A stretch of 39,648 nt of DNA, taken from assembly GCA_964349275.1 (NCBI GenBank), contig CAYGFT010000004.1:1-39648 (forward strand), read 5' to 3'. The DNA is from an uncultured Candidatus Saccharibacteria bacterium. GTDB lineage: Bacteria > Patescibacteriota > Minisyncoccia > Ryanbacterales > 2-02-FULL-48-12. The notes under the pieces were generated by a model, which was not told where the DNA came from, ran no database searches, and was given only the letters and a program-made list of their open reading frames with translations. This document shows, piece by piece, positions 29,419-39,381 of the stretch (positions within the stretch are counted from its first letter, which is position 1; each line of letters starts with the position of its first letter). The position numbers were made by a program, and so were the translations under genes.

Positions 29419-30966
29419 ATGAATGTACTGCTCGTGTTCCCGAAGTTCCCGCTGTCCTATTGGGGTTTTCAATATGCTTTGCCGTTTATCGGACGAAAAG
29501 CGGGCATGCCTCCGCTTGGGTTGATTACAATTGCCGCCCTGTTCCCCTCCCACTGGACCGTGCGTCTTGTGGATATGAACGTAGACCTTCTTGAGGTACA
29601 GGATGTTCTCTGGGCGGACGTGGTGTTTACCTCTTCCATGATTGTCCAAAAGAAGTCTCTATATGGAGTGATTCAGTTGTGTAATAGATACGCTACACCG
29701 ATTGTGGTGGGCGGACCACATCCGACTTCCTATCGCCAGGAGATAGAAGAGGAGTGCGGCGGTTTGGTTGATCATTTTTTTCTTGGTGAGGCGGAGACGC
29801 TGTTTGGTGAGTTGGTGAAAGATTTGCAGTTCAACAGAGCGCAACGTGTGTACGATACCAGGGGAGAAAAACCTGATATACGCCTCGCTCCTATCCCTCG
29901 GTTCGATCTTCTCAAGATCGATGCATACGGCTCTATGGCGATACAGTTTTCGCGTGGGTGTCCATTTGATTGTGAGTTCTGCGATATCACAAAACTCTTC
30001 GGCAAAATTTCTCGCACCAAAACGCCCGAGCAGATGCTTGCTGAATGCGACGCGCTTCTTATGTGTGGCTGGCGTGGTCCGGTATTTCTGGTGGATGATA
30101 ACTTCATTGGCCAGATGAAACGGGCGCTTGAGTTTCTTCCACATCTTGCCCGTTGGCAAAAGGAGCACGGATTCCCGTTTGCCTTCTATACGGAGGCGAG
30201 TGTCAATATCGGTAAGTCGCTCGAACTTGTGGATGCTATGGTGAGCGCTGGTTTTAGCATGGTATTTTTGGGTATCGAGACACCGAACGCCGAAGTACTT
30301 AGACGGATTGGTAAGGCCCAGAATACTCAGCGCATGAGCGGGAGCAGGGAATATAATCCGGATTTTCTTCCTGATGTCATCCGGACTCTGCAACAAAGAG
30401 GACTGGAGGTGACGGCAGGATTTATCTATGGGATGGATGGGGAGCCAGAGGATGCGGCCGCTCGTCAAATAGCGTTTATAGAAAGTACGGCGATACCAGT
30501 AGCCATGACGGGGATTCTGGAGCCGCTCAAAGGCACCGATCTCCATGCTCGGCTGGCTCGGGCGGGAAGGCTTATTGATCAGGCGTCCGGCAATAACGTG
30601 AGCGCGCGTCTCGCGTATATCCCGGAGCGTGATTCAGAGACGGTACTACGGGAATATCGGATGATCTTAAATGCTTTGTACGGCAAAGGGCTTAAAAGTT
30701 ATTTTGGCAGAGCCTACCGTTTGCTTACAACTCTTAAGGTTACTGATCACACGGTGCGTAAGATCGGTATGCTCGAGTTCAAGGCACTGATCCGGTCCCT
30801 GGTCTATCAGACGTTTTCTTCACATGGTCCTGCGTATATTCTGTTTCTCGCAAAGATTCTCATCAGAAGGCCAAAGATGTTTGTGGAAGCAGTACGTCTT
30901 GCCATAATGGGATATCACTTTGAGCGTTATACGCAAGATATTCTTCGTAACCAACCTGTTCATTAG
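29419..30966 (+). CDS. Cobalamin-binding radical SAM protein (DUF4070-containing, BchE/HpnP-like)
   Basis: PPLGL.T.AA, VGGPHP, SRGCPFDCEFC, VDDNF, TEAS, F.GIETP, GFI.G.D; AGGAGG SD. Confidence 0.92.
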   Translation: MNVLLVFPKFPLSYWGFQYALPFIGRKAGMPPLGLITIAALFPSHWTVRLVDMNVDLLEVQDVLWADVVFTSSMIVQKKSLYGVIQLCNRYATPIVVGGPHPTSYRQEIEEECGGLVDHFFLGEAETLFGELVKDLQFNRAQRVYDTRGEKPDIRLAPIPRFDLLKIDAYGSMAIQFSRGCPFDCEFCDITKLFGKISRTKTPEQMLAECDALLMCGWRGPVFLVDDNFIGQMKRALEFLPHLARWQKEHGFPFAFYTEASVNIGKSLELVDAMVSAGFSMVFLGIETPNAEVLRRIGKAQNTQRMSGSREYNPDFLPDVIRTLQQRGLEVTAGFIYGMDGEPEDAAARQIAFIESTAIPVAMTGILEPLKGTDLHARLARAGRLIDQASGNNVSARLAYIPERDSETVLREYRMILNALYGKGLKSYFGRAYRLLTTLKVTDHTVRKIGMLEFKALIRSLVYQTFSSHGPAYILFLAKILIRRPKMFVEAVRLAIMGYHFERYTQDILRNQPVH

Positions 30967-30967
30967 G

Positions 30968-30998
30968 CGTTGCATGTGCAGCGCTTTTTTATTTTTTT
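30968..30998 (+). terminator. Intrinsic terminator
   Basis: GCGTTGC-ATGT-GCAGCGC followed by a T-rich run. Confidence 0.7.
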
Positions 30999-31083
30999 GC
31001 GTATGGTGTCTCATATGGGGTCTCATAAAACAATGTCCACAGAGGCCCCGCCCGGTGTGGTTTTTATCTGGTATCATAAAGCT

Positions 31084-31566
31084 ATGCGGCGCGGATTTAC
31101 ATTGATTGAGATGATGCTGGTGATAGCCTTGATAGCTATGATTACCACTATTGCGGTGGGAGGGTTTTCTCTCTTTCAGCGTCAGTCCGATCTCAACGCC
31201 GCGGCTGACACCATTATCGGTATCTTGGAGGAGGCAAGATCCAAGACACTTTCTTCTCGAGATCAGTCGCAGTATGGGGTGCGGTTCAATAACGATAGAA
31301 TTCTTTTATTTGTGGGCTCCTCTTTGCCGGTGGATGTCGCAACACTTCCCGCCGCCACTAGTACGGATGGATTTCGGGAGTATGTTTTGCCATCAAGCGT
31401 TGAGGCTTCGACTACGATTGCCGTTGATCTCAAGCACGAAGATGCAGTGTTTAAACGTCTCACAGGTGAGACTGCAAGCGGCACGATTAAGCTTTGGGCA
31501 AAGGGCGATACAACTAAGATAAAGACCATTAGCATACAATCAACGGGGATTATATTATTGCGTTAG
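31084..31566 (+). CDS. Type IV pilin-like protein (FimT/GspH-like)
   Basis: MRRG|FTLIE class III signal peptide. Confidence 0.9.
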   Translation: MRRGFTLIEMMLVIALIAMITTIAVGGFSLFQRQSDLNAAADTIIGILEEARSKTLSSRDQSQYGVRFNNDRILLFVGSSLPVDVATLPAATSTDGFREYVLPSSVEASTTIAVDLKHEDAVFKRLTGETASGTIKLWAKGDTTKIKTISIQSTGIILLR

Positions 31567-31567
31567 T

Positions 31568-32074
31568 ATGCGTATTTCTACTACACAAAAAGGATTTGGG
31601 GTTATTGAGATCGTCATCGGTGTTGCGATTATCACGATCTCTCTTTTGGGTGTGATGCTCTCTGCAAAGGTGTCATTTCAGATTATTAGTGAAAACTTGC
31701 GCAGAGTCCAAGCCAATTTTCTAGCCGAAGAGGGGATAGAGGCTCTAAAGACTATACGTGATGACGGTTGGACGGCAAATATCGTGCCGGTTACTACGGG
31801 ATCCGACTACCATCTTGTGTATGATGTGGGGACCAACAAATGGACGGTGGTTGCTGGTATTTTGGCGAACCAAATAGATAGTACATTTACCCGTACTGTC
31901 CGTCTGGATACCGTAATGCGTGATGTTGCTAACGGTACACAAGATATTGTGTTTGGCGGTGGTACTGTGGACGCGGGCACGAGAAAGGTTACGGTTACGA
32001 TCTCCTGGCCGGGGCGTACCGGTGTCAAAACGCAGGCTATCTCTACGTATATGACTAATATTTTTGCCAATTAA
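31568..32074 (+). CDS. Minor pilin (PilV-like)
   Basis: QKG|FGVIE; A.FLAEEGIEA.K..R; FTRTV; V.V.W. Confidence 0.85.
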   Translation: MRISTTQKGFGVIEIVIGVAIITISLLGVMLSAKVSFQIISENLRRVQANFLAEEGIEALKTIRDDGWTANIVPVTTGSDYHLVYDVGTNKWTVVAGILANQIDSTFTRTVRLDTVMRDVANGTQDIVFGGGTVDAGTRKVTVTISWPGRTGVKTQAISTYMTNIFAN

Positions 32075-32075
32075 C

Positions 32076-32588
32076 ATGTCCCGAGAGTCTACAATCTCAA
32101 GGAGCAGAGGGGTTACGTTGGTAGAGACAGTGGTCTACATCGCGCTTTTTATGCTCCTCTCTGTTGTGGTGATTGATGCTTTGTTTATGACAGGAAAAAC
32201 TCTTCGTCAAGCGCGCACTACTCGCGCGGTCACGAGTGCTGGTGAGGCCGCGATGGAGCGGATGGTTCGTGATATCCGGTTTGGGAGCGCCATTACAACT
32301 ATCACGGCTGGTCATCCGGGCACGTTGGAGATCGTGGGGTATGATCCGGAGACTCTGGCAGAGCAACAAGTTCGTTTTGCTTGGGTCGCAACCTCGGGGG
32401 GTGGCAAGATTCAGGTGACCGAGGGAGTTGCCGCCGCTGAGGATCTGACACCGCCTAGCCTCAATGTGAGCAATCTCGTATTTCGGCAGATTACCTTGGT
32501 GACCGGAACGTATGCGATAAAGATAGAGATGACCGTAAACGGAGTTAATTTTTATGGGACCGTGCTGATGCGGCGTGTATACCAATAA
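32076..32588 (+). CDS. Minor pilin (PilW-like)
   Basis: RG|VTLVE; MERM.RDIR. Confidence 0.85.
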   Translation: MSRESTISRSRGVTLVETVVYIALFMLLSVVVIDALFMTGKTLRQARTTRAVTSAGEAAMERMVRDIRFGSAITTITAGHPGTLEIVGYDPETLAEQQVRFAWVATSGGGKIQVTEGVAAAEDLTPPSLNVSNLVFRQITLVTGTYAIKIEMTVNGVNFYGTVLMRRVYQ

Positions 32589-32600
32589 CTAATCTTATAA

Positions 32601-34622
32601 ATGCATTTTGTACGAAAAGATAAACAGGTGTTCAATCGTGGGCAGGCGGCGCTCACGGTAGTAATATTTTTCTTGTTCATATCTCTGACGATGATGTTTG
32701 GGTTTGCCGCGCTCGCCGTTGAAAATGAAATCAAGGTGCGTGGGGATATTCAAGCAAAAGAGTCGTATTTTTTGGCTGAAGCAGGGGTGGAGGATGCAGG
32801 GTACCGAATCATCCAGGGTATGACCTATGATGCGTCCGAGACGATCTCTTTGGTTTCTGGCGGCTCGAGCGCGACTACTAATATCTCGGATGTAGGAGGC
32901 AATGAGAAAAGCATTGTCTCGACGGGGGACGTTTCCAGTGCGTTTCGCAAGGTGAGCCTCAATCTCCGTCCGGGTGCAGGTACTTCACTCAATTATGGAG
33001 CCCAATCAGGGTATTTGGGCATCGTGCATCAAGACACGCCTGTTCTAAATGGTAGTATGTTTAGTAATGGCAGTGTTGTGCGGGCTGCTGTTAGTAATAG
33101 AGTTACCGTAAACGGGGATCTCTATGTGGCGAGCTCTACACTGGATGCTTCCCAGCAAAATCTTGCCGATGTATTGAAAACAGCACAGCCTACCCCGTCT
33201 CCTGGTACGCTTCCTCCCTACATATTCAATGTGCGTAGGTTCGCTGGCCACCAGGATGTGGCGCAATCTTTTACGGTGGACCGCGCTGGGGTCATTAGAA
33301 AGGTGCAGATATATATGAGGAAGGTAGGGACACCATCTGCGCTCGATATTGTTTTGGTAGAGGATGTTACTGACGGGGCTGATGGGAGTCAGCCAGACAA
33401 TAATGCACCGCTCTTTACCGATTCATTTACCCATACGGCAGTCTCAACCAATTTTGACTGGGTGGAGTTTGATATGGGTAGAGGGCTGAATCCGGTATAT
33501 CCCGGCCGTAAGTACTGGCTTATCTTGAGTACACCCAGTAGCACTGACACAAGTAATTACTATATCGTAGGAGGTGGTGATGCAAGTACCTATACGGCTT
33601 CCTCATCTGCCCGGATGCTATTTACAGCAGACTGGAACTCTGGGAGCGCGGTCTGGTCTCCTTACAACGATACGGGAGACGTATCTGGTCCATTGCCGCG
33701 GCCGGGGGATATGGCGTTTAAGGTATTTTTTGGTGACGTGGAGTTTGCTGGTACGGATTTTTACACGGGAGATATTCACAGCACGATCAACTATGTGATT
33801 ACTACAGGCGATACGGTGAGCTACAAGATAAAAGGCTCTATCGTAGGTGATGATGCAACGGACGAGGCGTATTACGAGGTGGATGGTGGGAGTAATACGT
33901 GGGGTAGCACCCAGAAAAATCCCCCAAGCGGTACGCCAACCACCGTGCATCCTACACCACTTCCGGCGCCAATCTCTCTTACAAAAATTGATCAGCTGGT
34001 CACCGAAGTAGAGGCATATGCAACGTGCAATAATATTCCCGCGAGTTTTGCGGCCCAGCGTGCCAACTGTATCGCGGGTGATGATGTCGATTTTAACAAT
34101 GTGAATGTAACGCTCACGGGCCCAGTAGTGTTCCCTGCAGATCTTACGATACGGGGAAGTACGACGTTCACCATGCATGATCCGGGTACGGGCGGTAATA
34201 TCTATGTCAAAGGAGATCTTGATATTGGCACGGCCGCCGCTTGTACCGTTCGGCTTGATTCATCATTTGGGGCGAGTAGTGGTACTATTGTCGCCGAGGG
34301 GCCGGTAGACGTGAGCATTTGCACATTTTCTGGAAGCGGTAATTCTGATTCGTTCATGGTTATCATTGGTTTGAGTAAAAATTTTACGACTCCTAATGCA
34401 GTAGCAGTGCACTCCAATAGTCTCACCGGTGGGGTATTCTACGCGGCAAAAGGCTTTCTGACTATCCGTGATGCGCCCGATCCCTATGCCCTTTTTGGCG
34501 AGGGGGTGTTTGTCGAGGCAAGCTCGGTCATCAATTACCAAGCAGGTCTTGCCAACCTTGATTTTCGTGCTGGACCGGTGGGTGGCTGGGAGCTCGATAA
34601 CTCCTGGAAAGAAATAGAGTAG
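32601..34622 (+). CDS. PilX-like protein with large C-terminal putative adhesin region
   Basis: RG|QAAL (no Glu at +5), SYFLAEAGVEDA..R, internal AQSFT beta-sandwich module, beta-helix-like tail ending W.E. Confidence 0.8.
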   Translation: MHFVRKDKQVFNRGQAALTVVIFFLFISLTMMFGFAALAVENEIKVRGDIQAKESYFLAEAGVEDAGYRIIQGMTYDASETISLVSGGSSATTNISDVGGNEKSIVSTGDVSSAFRKVSLNLRPGAGTSLNYGAQSGYLGIVHQDTPVLNGSMFSNGSVVRAAVSNRVTVNGDLYVASSTLDASQQNLADVLKTAQPTPSPGTLPPYIFNVRRFAGHQDVAQSFTVDRAGVIRKVQIYMRKVGTPSALDIVLVEDVTDGADGSQPDNNAPLFTDSFTHTAVSTNFDWVEFDMGRGLNPVYPGRKYWLILSTPSSTDTSNYYIVGGGDASTYTASSSARMLFTADWNSGSAVWSPYNDTGDVSGPLPRPGDMAFKVFFGDVEFAGTDFYTGDIHSTINYVITTGDTVSYKIKGSIVGDDATDEAYYEVDGGSNTWGSTQKNPPSGTPTTVHPTPLPAPISLTKIDQLVTEVEAYATCNNIPASFAAQRANCIAGDDVDFNNVNVTLTGPVVFPADLTIRGSTTFTMHDPGTGGNIYVKGDLDIGTAAACTVRLDSSFGASSGTIVAEGPVDVSICTFSGSGNSDSFMVIIGLSKNFTTPNAVAVHSNSLTGGVFYAAKGFLTIRDAPDPYALFGEGVFVEASSVINYQAGLANLDFRAGPVGGWELDNSWKEIE

Positions 34623-34686
34623 TTCTGCGTCTCCTATAGTGGAGTTATGGAAGCAATAGTTGTTTTATCACTAATATATATACGTT

Positions 34687-35496
34687 ATGATGGAGACAAA
34701 AATAAAGAATTATCTAGGTATCGCGGCGATCATTGTGCTGTTTGCTTTTGCGCTTGCGGCGTTGAGCTATGTAAACACATATTCCAAAGCAGTACAGCCT
34801 TCATCTTTTCGAAGCTTTACCGTTTCTGGCGAAGGTAAGGTGGTGGCGGTCCCAGATGTTGCCCAATTTAGCTACCAGGTGATCACTCAAGGTGGGACAG
34901 ATGTCACTGCACTGCGCCAGGAAAATACCAAAAAGTCCAACGATATTATCCAATTTCTCAAGGATAATGGAGTAGACAAAAAAGATATTCAGACAACAGG
35001 GCTCATGATCCAGCCGCGCTATCAGACCTATGCCTGCGATTATCGGAGTGTTGCCCCAGGCGGGTCCGCTCCCCAGCCTTGCCCACCGGCATCTATTGCC
35101 GGGTATGAGATTATACAGTCAGTTTCAGTAAAAGTTCGCAATTTTGAAAAGTCAGGTACTATCTTGGGAGGCATTGCCGATAAGGGCGCTAACTCCGTCT
35201 CACAGCTTAACTTTACTATAGACGATCCGACTAAGCTTCAAGATCAAGCCCGAGAGGAGGCAATTACCAAAGCCAAAGAAAAGGCTTCGGCGATTGCCAA
35301 AGCCGGAGGATTTAGCCTAGGTAAACTTCTCAACATTCAGGAGGGGTACGGACCGACACCATACTTCTACAACAAAGATGCTCTGGGGAGGGGTGGCGAA
35401 GGCGTCGTTGCTCCGGCGGTAGCTGAAGCGCCGGTGATTGAGCCAGGCTCACAGGAGATTCGTTTGAGTGTGTCCCTTGTCTACGAAATTCGCTAG
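34687..35496 (+). CDS. SIMPL (DUF541/BP26) domain protein
   Basis: VSGEGKV..VPD.A, DIQT, V.VR, GAN, AR..AI..AK.KA, PG. Confidence 0.92.
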   Translation: MMETKIKNYLGIAAIIVLFAFALAALSYVNTYSKAVQPSSFRSFTVSGEGKVVAVPDVAQFSYQVITQGGTDVTALRQENTKKSNDIIQFLKDNGVDKKDIQTTGLMIQPRYQTYACDYRSVAPGGSAPQPCPPASIAGYEIIQSVSVKVRNFEKSGTILGGIADKGANSVSQLNFTIDDPTKLQDQAREEAITKAKEKASAIAKAGGFSLGKLLNIQEGYGPTPYFYNKDALGRGGEGVVAPAVAEAPVIEPGSQEIRLSVSLVYEIR

Positions 35497-35506
35497 GAAA
35501 GTTTAT

Positions 35507-35542
35507 AAATAAAAACCCCCAATACCCGGGGGTTTTTATTTT
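35507..35542. terminator. Bidirectional terminator
   Basis: AAATAAAAACCCCC-AATACCC-GGGGGTTTTTATTT. Confidence 0.8.
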
Positions 35543-35715
35543 CTGAAGTATGTGGGGAGTTTTGCAGGCGGTCAGGTATTGATAATATCTTTTTTTGTTG
35601 CCCAGCCACGACGCGTGGTGGTGACGCAAAACTCAAGCGCTCAAAACTGCATATGTCGAGCAATATCTTATTGCATAGGCTTATAATTGCATGGGAGCAG
35701 GTCAGTCAATATCTG

Positions 35716-35744
35716 TTGACTTTTTCTGCATTTTTCTCTATAAC
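35716..35744 (+). promoter_or_regulatory. Sigma70-type promoter
   Basis: TTGACT-N17-TATAAC; the -35 lies in the palindrome AGTCAA-N6-TTGACT. Confidence 0.65.
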
Positions 35745-35778
35745 GCATGCAGATTATGTTTTTACAAAAGGAGCGTGT

Positions 35779-36381
35779 ATGCCTATATCAGAGGAGCTAC
35801 AAAAGTTTCTTCATCCCGGTATAGAGTCACGGCCGGAGGCGGAAGCCGCCGCTTTGGCAGGCGTGCTTTGTTATAAAACAAAGGGGGATAAAATTTGTTG
35901 GATACCAAGGTGTACTTCTGATGGGTATGAGATATGGAGTGCGTTAATCGCAGATGCGTCAGAAGTAGTAGCCGGGGAAGATCCCGAAGGCAATAAATCG
36001 CTTATCTCAGTGCCGCGCGTTTCTGTCCATATAGGCGTCATGCGTGTCGCCTCTTTCCTGGGTGCACTGCAGGGACTTACTGGCGGGCAAAATCCAGCTC
36101 TCGAATTTTTGTGTGTAGCTGATTTTGGTGATGTCACCTACAGTGTTCTGCTTGCTAACCCGAGTCCATTTTTGGCTCTCTTAAGTAAGAGTGAACAGCA
36201 CTTGCTCTCTCTGAGTTACCTAGAGATTCTTGGGCTCTATGTAGCGATGAATGCACAGATAGCTGGGTACAACGTTTCGCGGCATCCTTCGAAAGATCCG
36301 CCTGGGAAACGTAGTACTGAATATGTCCCCCATAGTCCCAGGGAGGCGTTTCGTACGATACGTCAGTATCTGGAGACCTAG
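35779..36381 (+). CDS. Hypothetical protein
   Basis: AAAGGAG SD before ATG 35779; terminator GCCTCTTT..AAAGAGGC plus T run at 36405-36428. Confidence 0.65.
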   Translation: MPISEELQKFLHPGIESRPEAEAAALAGVLCYKTKGDKICWIPRCTSDGYEIWSALIADASEVVAGEDPEGNKSLISVPRVSVHIGVMRVASFLGALQGLTGGQNPALEFLCVADFGDVTYSVLLANPSPFLALLSKSEQHLLSLSYLEILGLYVAMNAQIAGYNVSRHPSKDPPGKRSTEYVPHSPREAFRTIRQYLET

Positions 36382-36468
36382 ATGACTCGTTGGTTTGTGT
36401 TGCGGCCTCTTTACAAAAGAGGCTTTTTGTTTGCAAAATATTTAGTTTGGGTGTATACTTTTTTGGTT

Positions 36469-37881
36469 ATGAAACATATCTCAAAGAAAAAAGTAAAGAT
36501 TGTAGCAACGCTCGGTCCTGCTTCTGGCTCGGCTGAGATGATAAAGGCACTCGCCAAAGAGGGTGTCAATGTATTTCGCATTAATATGTCGCATTGTCCC
36601 AAGCCCGAGGTTTTGGAACGCGTCAAGCGTATTCGCTCAGCAGAGCGCGAGCTGGGTGTGCCACTTTCTATTATGGGGGATCTCATGGGTCCAAAAATCC
36701 GTATTGGTGATGTGGAGCCAGGTACCGAGATTGCGGTGGGTGCGGAGATCAGGATCGTAGCAAAAGCCGTGCGCGGTACCGCCAAAGAAATATCACTCAA
36801 CTTTCCAACGATTCTCAAGAGTCTAAAATCCGGCAATGAGATTTATATCGGGGATGGTCAGATCAAACTTATCGTCAAGAAAACCATTCCCGGTGGTGTG
36901 CTTGCCACGGTGGCAGTCGGTGGGCCGCTCCTTTCGCGCAAAGGATTTTCTGCGCATGGCATGACACTCAAACACATGGCGCTCACCAAAAAAGATCGGG
37001 AGGATACTGCCACGCTTATCGAGGCCGGAGCGGATGCGATTGCTATTTCTTTTGTGCAAGGCCCAAAAGATGTCGAAGCTATTCGCAATCTCTTACCCAA
37101 AAAGAATCCGCCGTTTCTCTTGGCGAAAATCGAGACGCAGTCGGGCGTGGATCACGCGGATAAGATTTTGGATGTGGCAGACGGTCTTATGGTAGCACGG
37201 GGCGACTTAGGACTCTCGGTGCCGATGGCGGACGTGCCACACATTCAAAAACGGCTTATTGCACTTTGTCTCAAACGTGCCAAACCAGTAGTGACGGCGA
37301 CCCAGATGCTCGACTCCATGGCTTCCCGTCCCATTCCGACACGTGCGGAGGTGACGGATGTTGCTAATGCCATCTTGGACGGCACTGATGCCGTGATGCT
37401 TTCCGATGAGACTGCAACGGGCAAGTTTCCGGTGGAGGTGGTGCGTACCATGGTGAGTATTATAGAGCGTGCTACATCGGAGATAGGTAAGCGGTATTTC
37501 CCCGAGGATACGTCTATCGCTGGAGCCATCGGCGCTTCCGTGGTACGTGTCACCGAGCAGATTGGTGCCAAGCTTATTGTAGTGATGACTGAAAAAGGTG
37601 TGACCGCGCGTCGTATTGCGCGGCATCGCCATATGCAACCGATTATTGCACTCTCGCCGCACTTGGAGACTTTGCGTCGGCTTAATTTTTCCTGGGGCGT
37701 CTATGGATATTTGGCACCGGTGATGCATAGTGCAGACGATCTTTTACTACAGACCAAAAAAATTGCCAAAGCAAATGATATTATGTCTCTCAAAGAGGGG
37801 GATCTCTTTGTAGTGAGTGCCAGTATCCCATTTGGGGGAGCGTCTGGTACGACCAATCTTGCAATTGCCCAAAGAGTTTAG
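36469..37881 (+). CDS. pyk: Pyruvate kinase
   Basis: KIVATLGPAS, FRINMSH, DL.GPKIR, AKIE, MVARGDLG, ATQML.SM, PTRAE.TDVANA, MLS.ETA.G. Confidence 0.97.
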   Translation: MKHISKKKVKIVATLGPASGSAEMIKALAKEGVNVFRINMSHCPKPEVLERVKRIRSAERELGVPLSIMGDLMGPKIRIGDVEPGTEIAVGAEIRIVAKAVRGTAKEISLNFPTILKSLKSGNEIYIGDGQIKLIVKKTIPGGVLATVAVGGPLLSRKGFSAHGMTLKHMALTKKDREDTATLIEAGADAIAISFVQGPKDVEAIRNLLPKKNPPFLLAKIETQSGVDHADKILDVADGLMVARGDLGLSVPMADVPHIQKRLIALCLKRAKPVVTATQMLDSMASRPIPTRAEVTDVANAILDGTDAVMLSDETATGKFPVEVVRTMVSIIERATSEIGKRYFPEDTSIAGAIGASVVRVTEQIGAKLIVVMTEKGVTARRIARHRHMQPIIALSPHLETLRRLNFSWGVYGYLAPVMHSADDLLLQTKKIAKANDIMSLKEGDLFVVSASIPFGGASGTTNLAIAQRV

Positions 37882-37931
37882 CGCATGGACTCTTGGTTTG
37901 GTACCATAATATTCTCTGCTACTATGGTGGT

Positions 37932-38213
37932 ATGAGGAGTAAACATATCATCTATATCTCTCTATTCGTTTTGCTTGGTATATTGCTACAGCTTGTGGCA
38001 CATGCGGTACTTGAGATTTGGTATATTGACCTTCTCCTCAGTGATTTTCAACGATATGGGTTTGGACTTACCTGGGAGGCGTGGGTGCAAATCCATAGTG
38101 TACTTTCTTTTGTATTTTTGGTGTTTGGGATGCTCTTTGGCTACCAGCAAGGGAAACATTGGTGGCGCAAAATTTATATTGAACATGCCTATCGATGGAC
38201 GAAAAAAATATAA
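37932..38213 (+). CDS. Small two-TM membrane protein
   Basis: Two hydrophobic segments; TGC-TACTAT 6 nt upstream of ATG. Confidence 0.7.
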   Translation: MRSKHIIYISLFVLLGILLQLVAHAVLEIWYIDLLLSDFQRYGFGLTWEAWVQIHSVLSFVFLVFGMLFGYQQGKHWWRKIYIEHAYRWTKKI

Positions 38214-38533
38214 TTCCGTTTGCTGATTTTGCCAAGGTGGATCTTCGTGTTGCGCGTATTCTTGAGGCAGAGCGGGTAGAGGGGTCAGATAAACTTTTAC
38301 GTTTGCAGGTGAGCTTGGAGGGTGAGAAGCGCCGCCAGATTTTGGCGGGTATTGGCAAAAAATACACGCCGGAGGAGCTCATCGGCCGTGAGATAATCAT
38401 TGTTGCTAACCTTGAGCCACGGTCGCTCATGGGGTTTGAGTCTCAAGGAATGCTCCTTGCCGCCGGGGATGCGGCAGGTCCCGTATTATTACAGCCGGAC
38501 ACAGAGGTCCCTCCCGGATCGGAGATTCACTAA
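38195..38533 (+). CDS. Stand-alone tRNA-binding OB-fold (MetG C-terminal/Trbp111/CsaA family)
   Basis: DF.KVDLRVA.I..AE....SDKLL.L.V, RQI.AGI, ANL.PR..MG.ESQGMLLA. Confidence 0.92.
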   Translation: MDEKNIIPFADFAKVDLRVARILEAERVEGSDKLLRLQVSLEGEKRRQILAGIGKKYTPEELIGREIIIVANLEPRSLMGFESQGMLLAAGDAAGPVLLQPDTEVPPGSEIH

Positions 38534-38549
38534 TGTAGGTAAAAAGATA

Positions 38550-38587
38550 AAAAAGAAAACCCCAGAAGTTTGGGGTTGTTTTTGTTT
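38550..38587. terminator. Bidirectional terminator
   Basis: A run, AACCCCAG-AAGT-TTGGGGTT, T-rich run. Confidence 0.65.
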
Positions 38588-38600
38588 AGCTTAACTATGC

Positions 38601-39326
38601 TTAGGGTATTGGATGAATGGAAAACCATTGCAAGGTTTGTTCAAAACAGAAGGGCTCTCCACAAAGACAAGATGGATTATAGAATAGATAGTCAGACCCG
38701 AGGTTGTTTGCAGTCAGAAATCGCCGTATGGATGATTCATCCACAAGTCCCATCGCTCCAGTCCCCTGCATACAGGTCGCATCTTGAGCGTCCATCGCCT
38801 CCCATGCCTGTTGGGGCTCTGTGCAAGTGCGTGCTTGGCGTTTTTTTGTTTGCCATGTCTCCATCAGTTCTGTGGACGAATCTGCGATAAGTATCCAGCC
38901 ATCAAGGAGGTGACTCTTTATTTTGGCAAGCACCCCCGAAGGATCTTCGAGGTGGTGTAGAGACCGGAGAAAGAGGACCGCATCTCCTGGCTGAATGGAA
39001 AACGCTCTGCCGATACTTTCTGCCACCTCTTCGCAAATGAATGTGATTCGTTCGAGTGCTTGGGGGAGTGTCTCCGATATTTTGGCAAAAACTTGCCGCA
39101 TCTCCGTTCTATTGGCATCTACATACACAATCGGGGTATGTGGTGCCAAGTTCACCAGTAACTCTGCTGATCCTCCAATGGCAATGATGCGCCGCGCCTC
39201 TGGATGCAGGGCTTTGATTATGCGAAAGACTTGTGCGTTGCTCCGGTCCTCGAATTCTACCTGTACAAACTGCATGCCGGGCATGGTTAATGCGTCTAAG
39301 TCGAGTGTTTTTATGGTTGCTTTCAC
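38601..39326 (-). CDS. Class I SAM-dependent methyltransferase-like protein
   Basis: IAIGGS.E (atypical motif I), YVD, DAV....SLHHL.DP...L..I...L..G.I.I.D; AAAGGAG SD before GTG. Confidence 0.7.
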   Translation of the reverse strand: MKATIKTLDLDALTMPGMQFVQVEFEDRSNAQVFRIIKALHPEARRIIAIGGSAELLVNLAPHTPIVYVDANRTEMRQVFAKISETLPQALERITFICEEVAESIGRAFSIQPGDAVLFLRSLHHLEDPSGVLAKIKSHLLDGWILIADSSTELMETWQTKKRQARTCTEPQQAWEAMDAQDATCMQGTGAMGLVDESSIRRFLTANNLGSDYLFYNPSCLCGEPFCFEQTLQWFSIHPIP

Positions 39327-39381
39327 GTGGTGCTCCTTTCGTTTGACAAATTACTCCACCACGAGCATAGCAGATTGCATC

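Noticed and set aside
29659..30546. Long antisense ORFs (also 27088..27849, 17231..17758, 33618..34178)
   Set aside because: Antisense shadows of well-supported genes, with no recognisable motifs.
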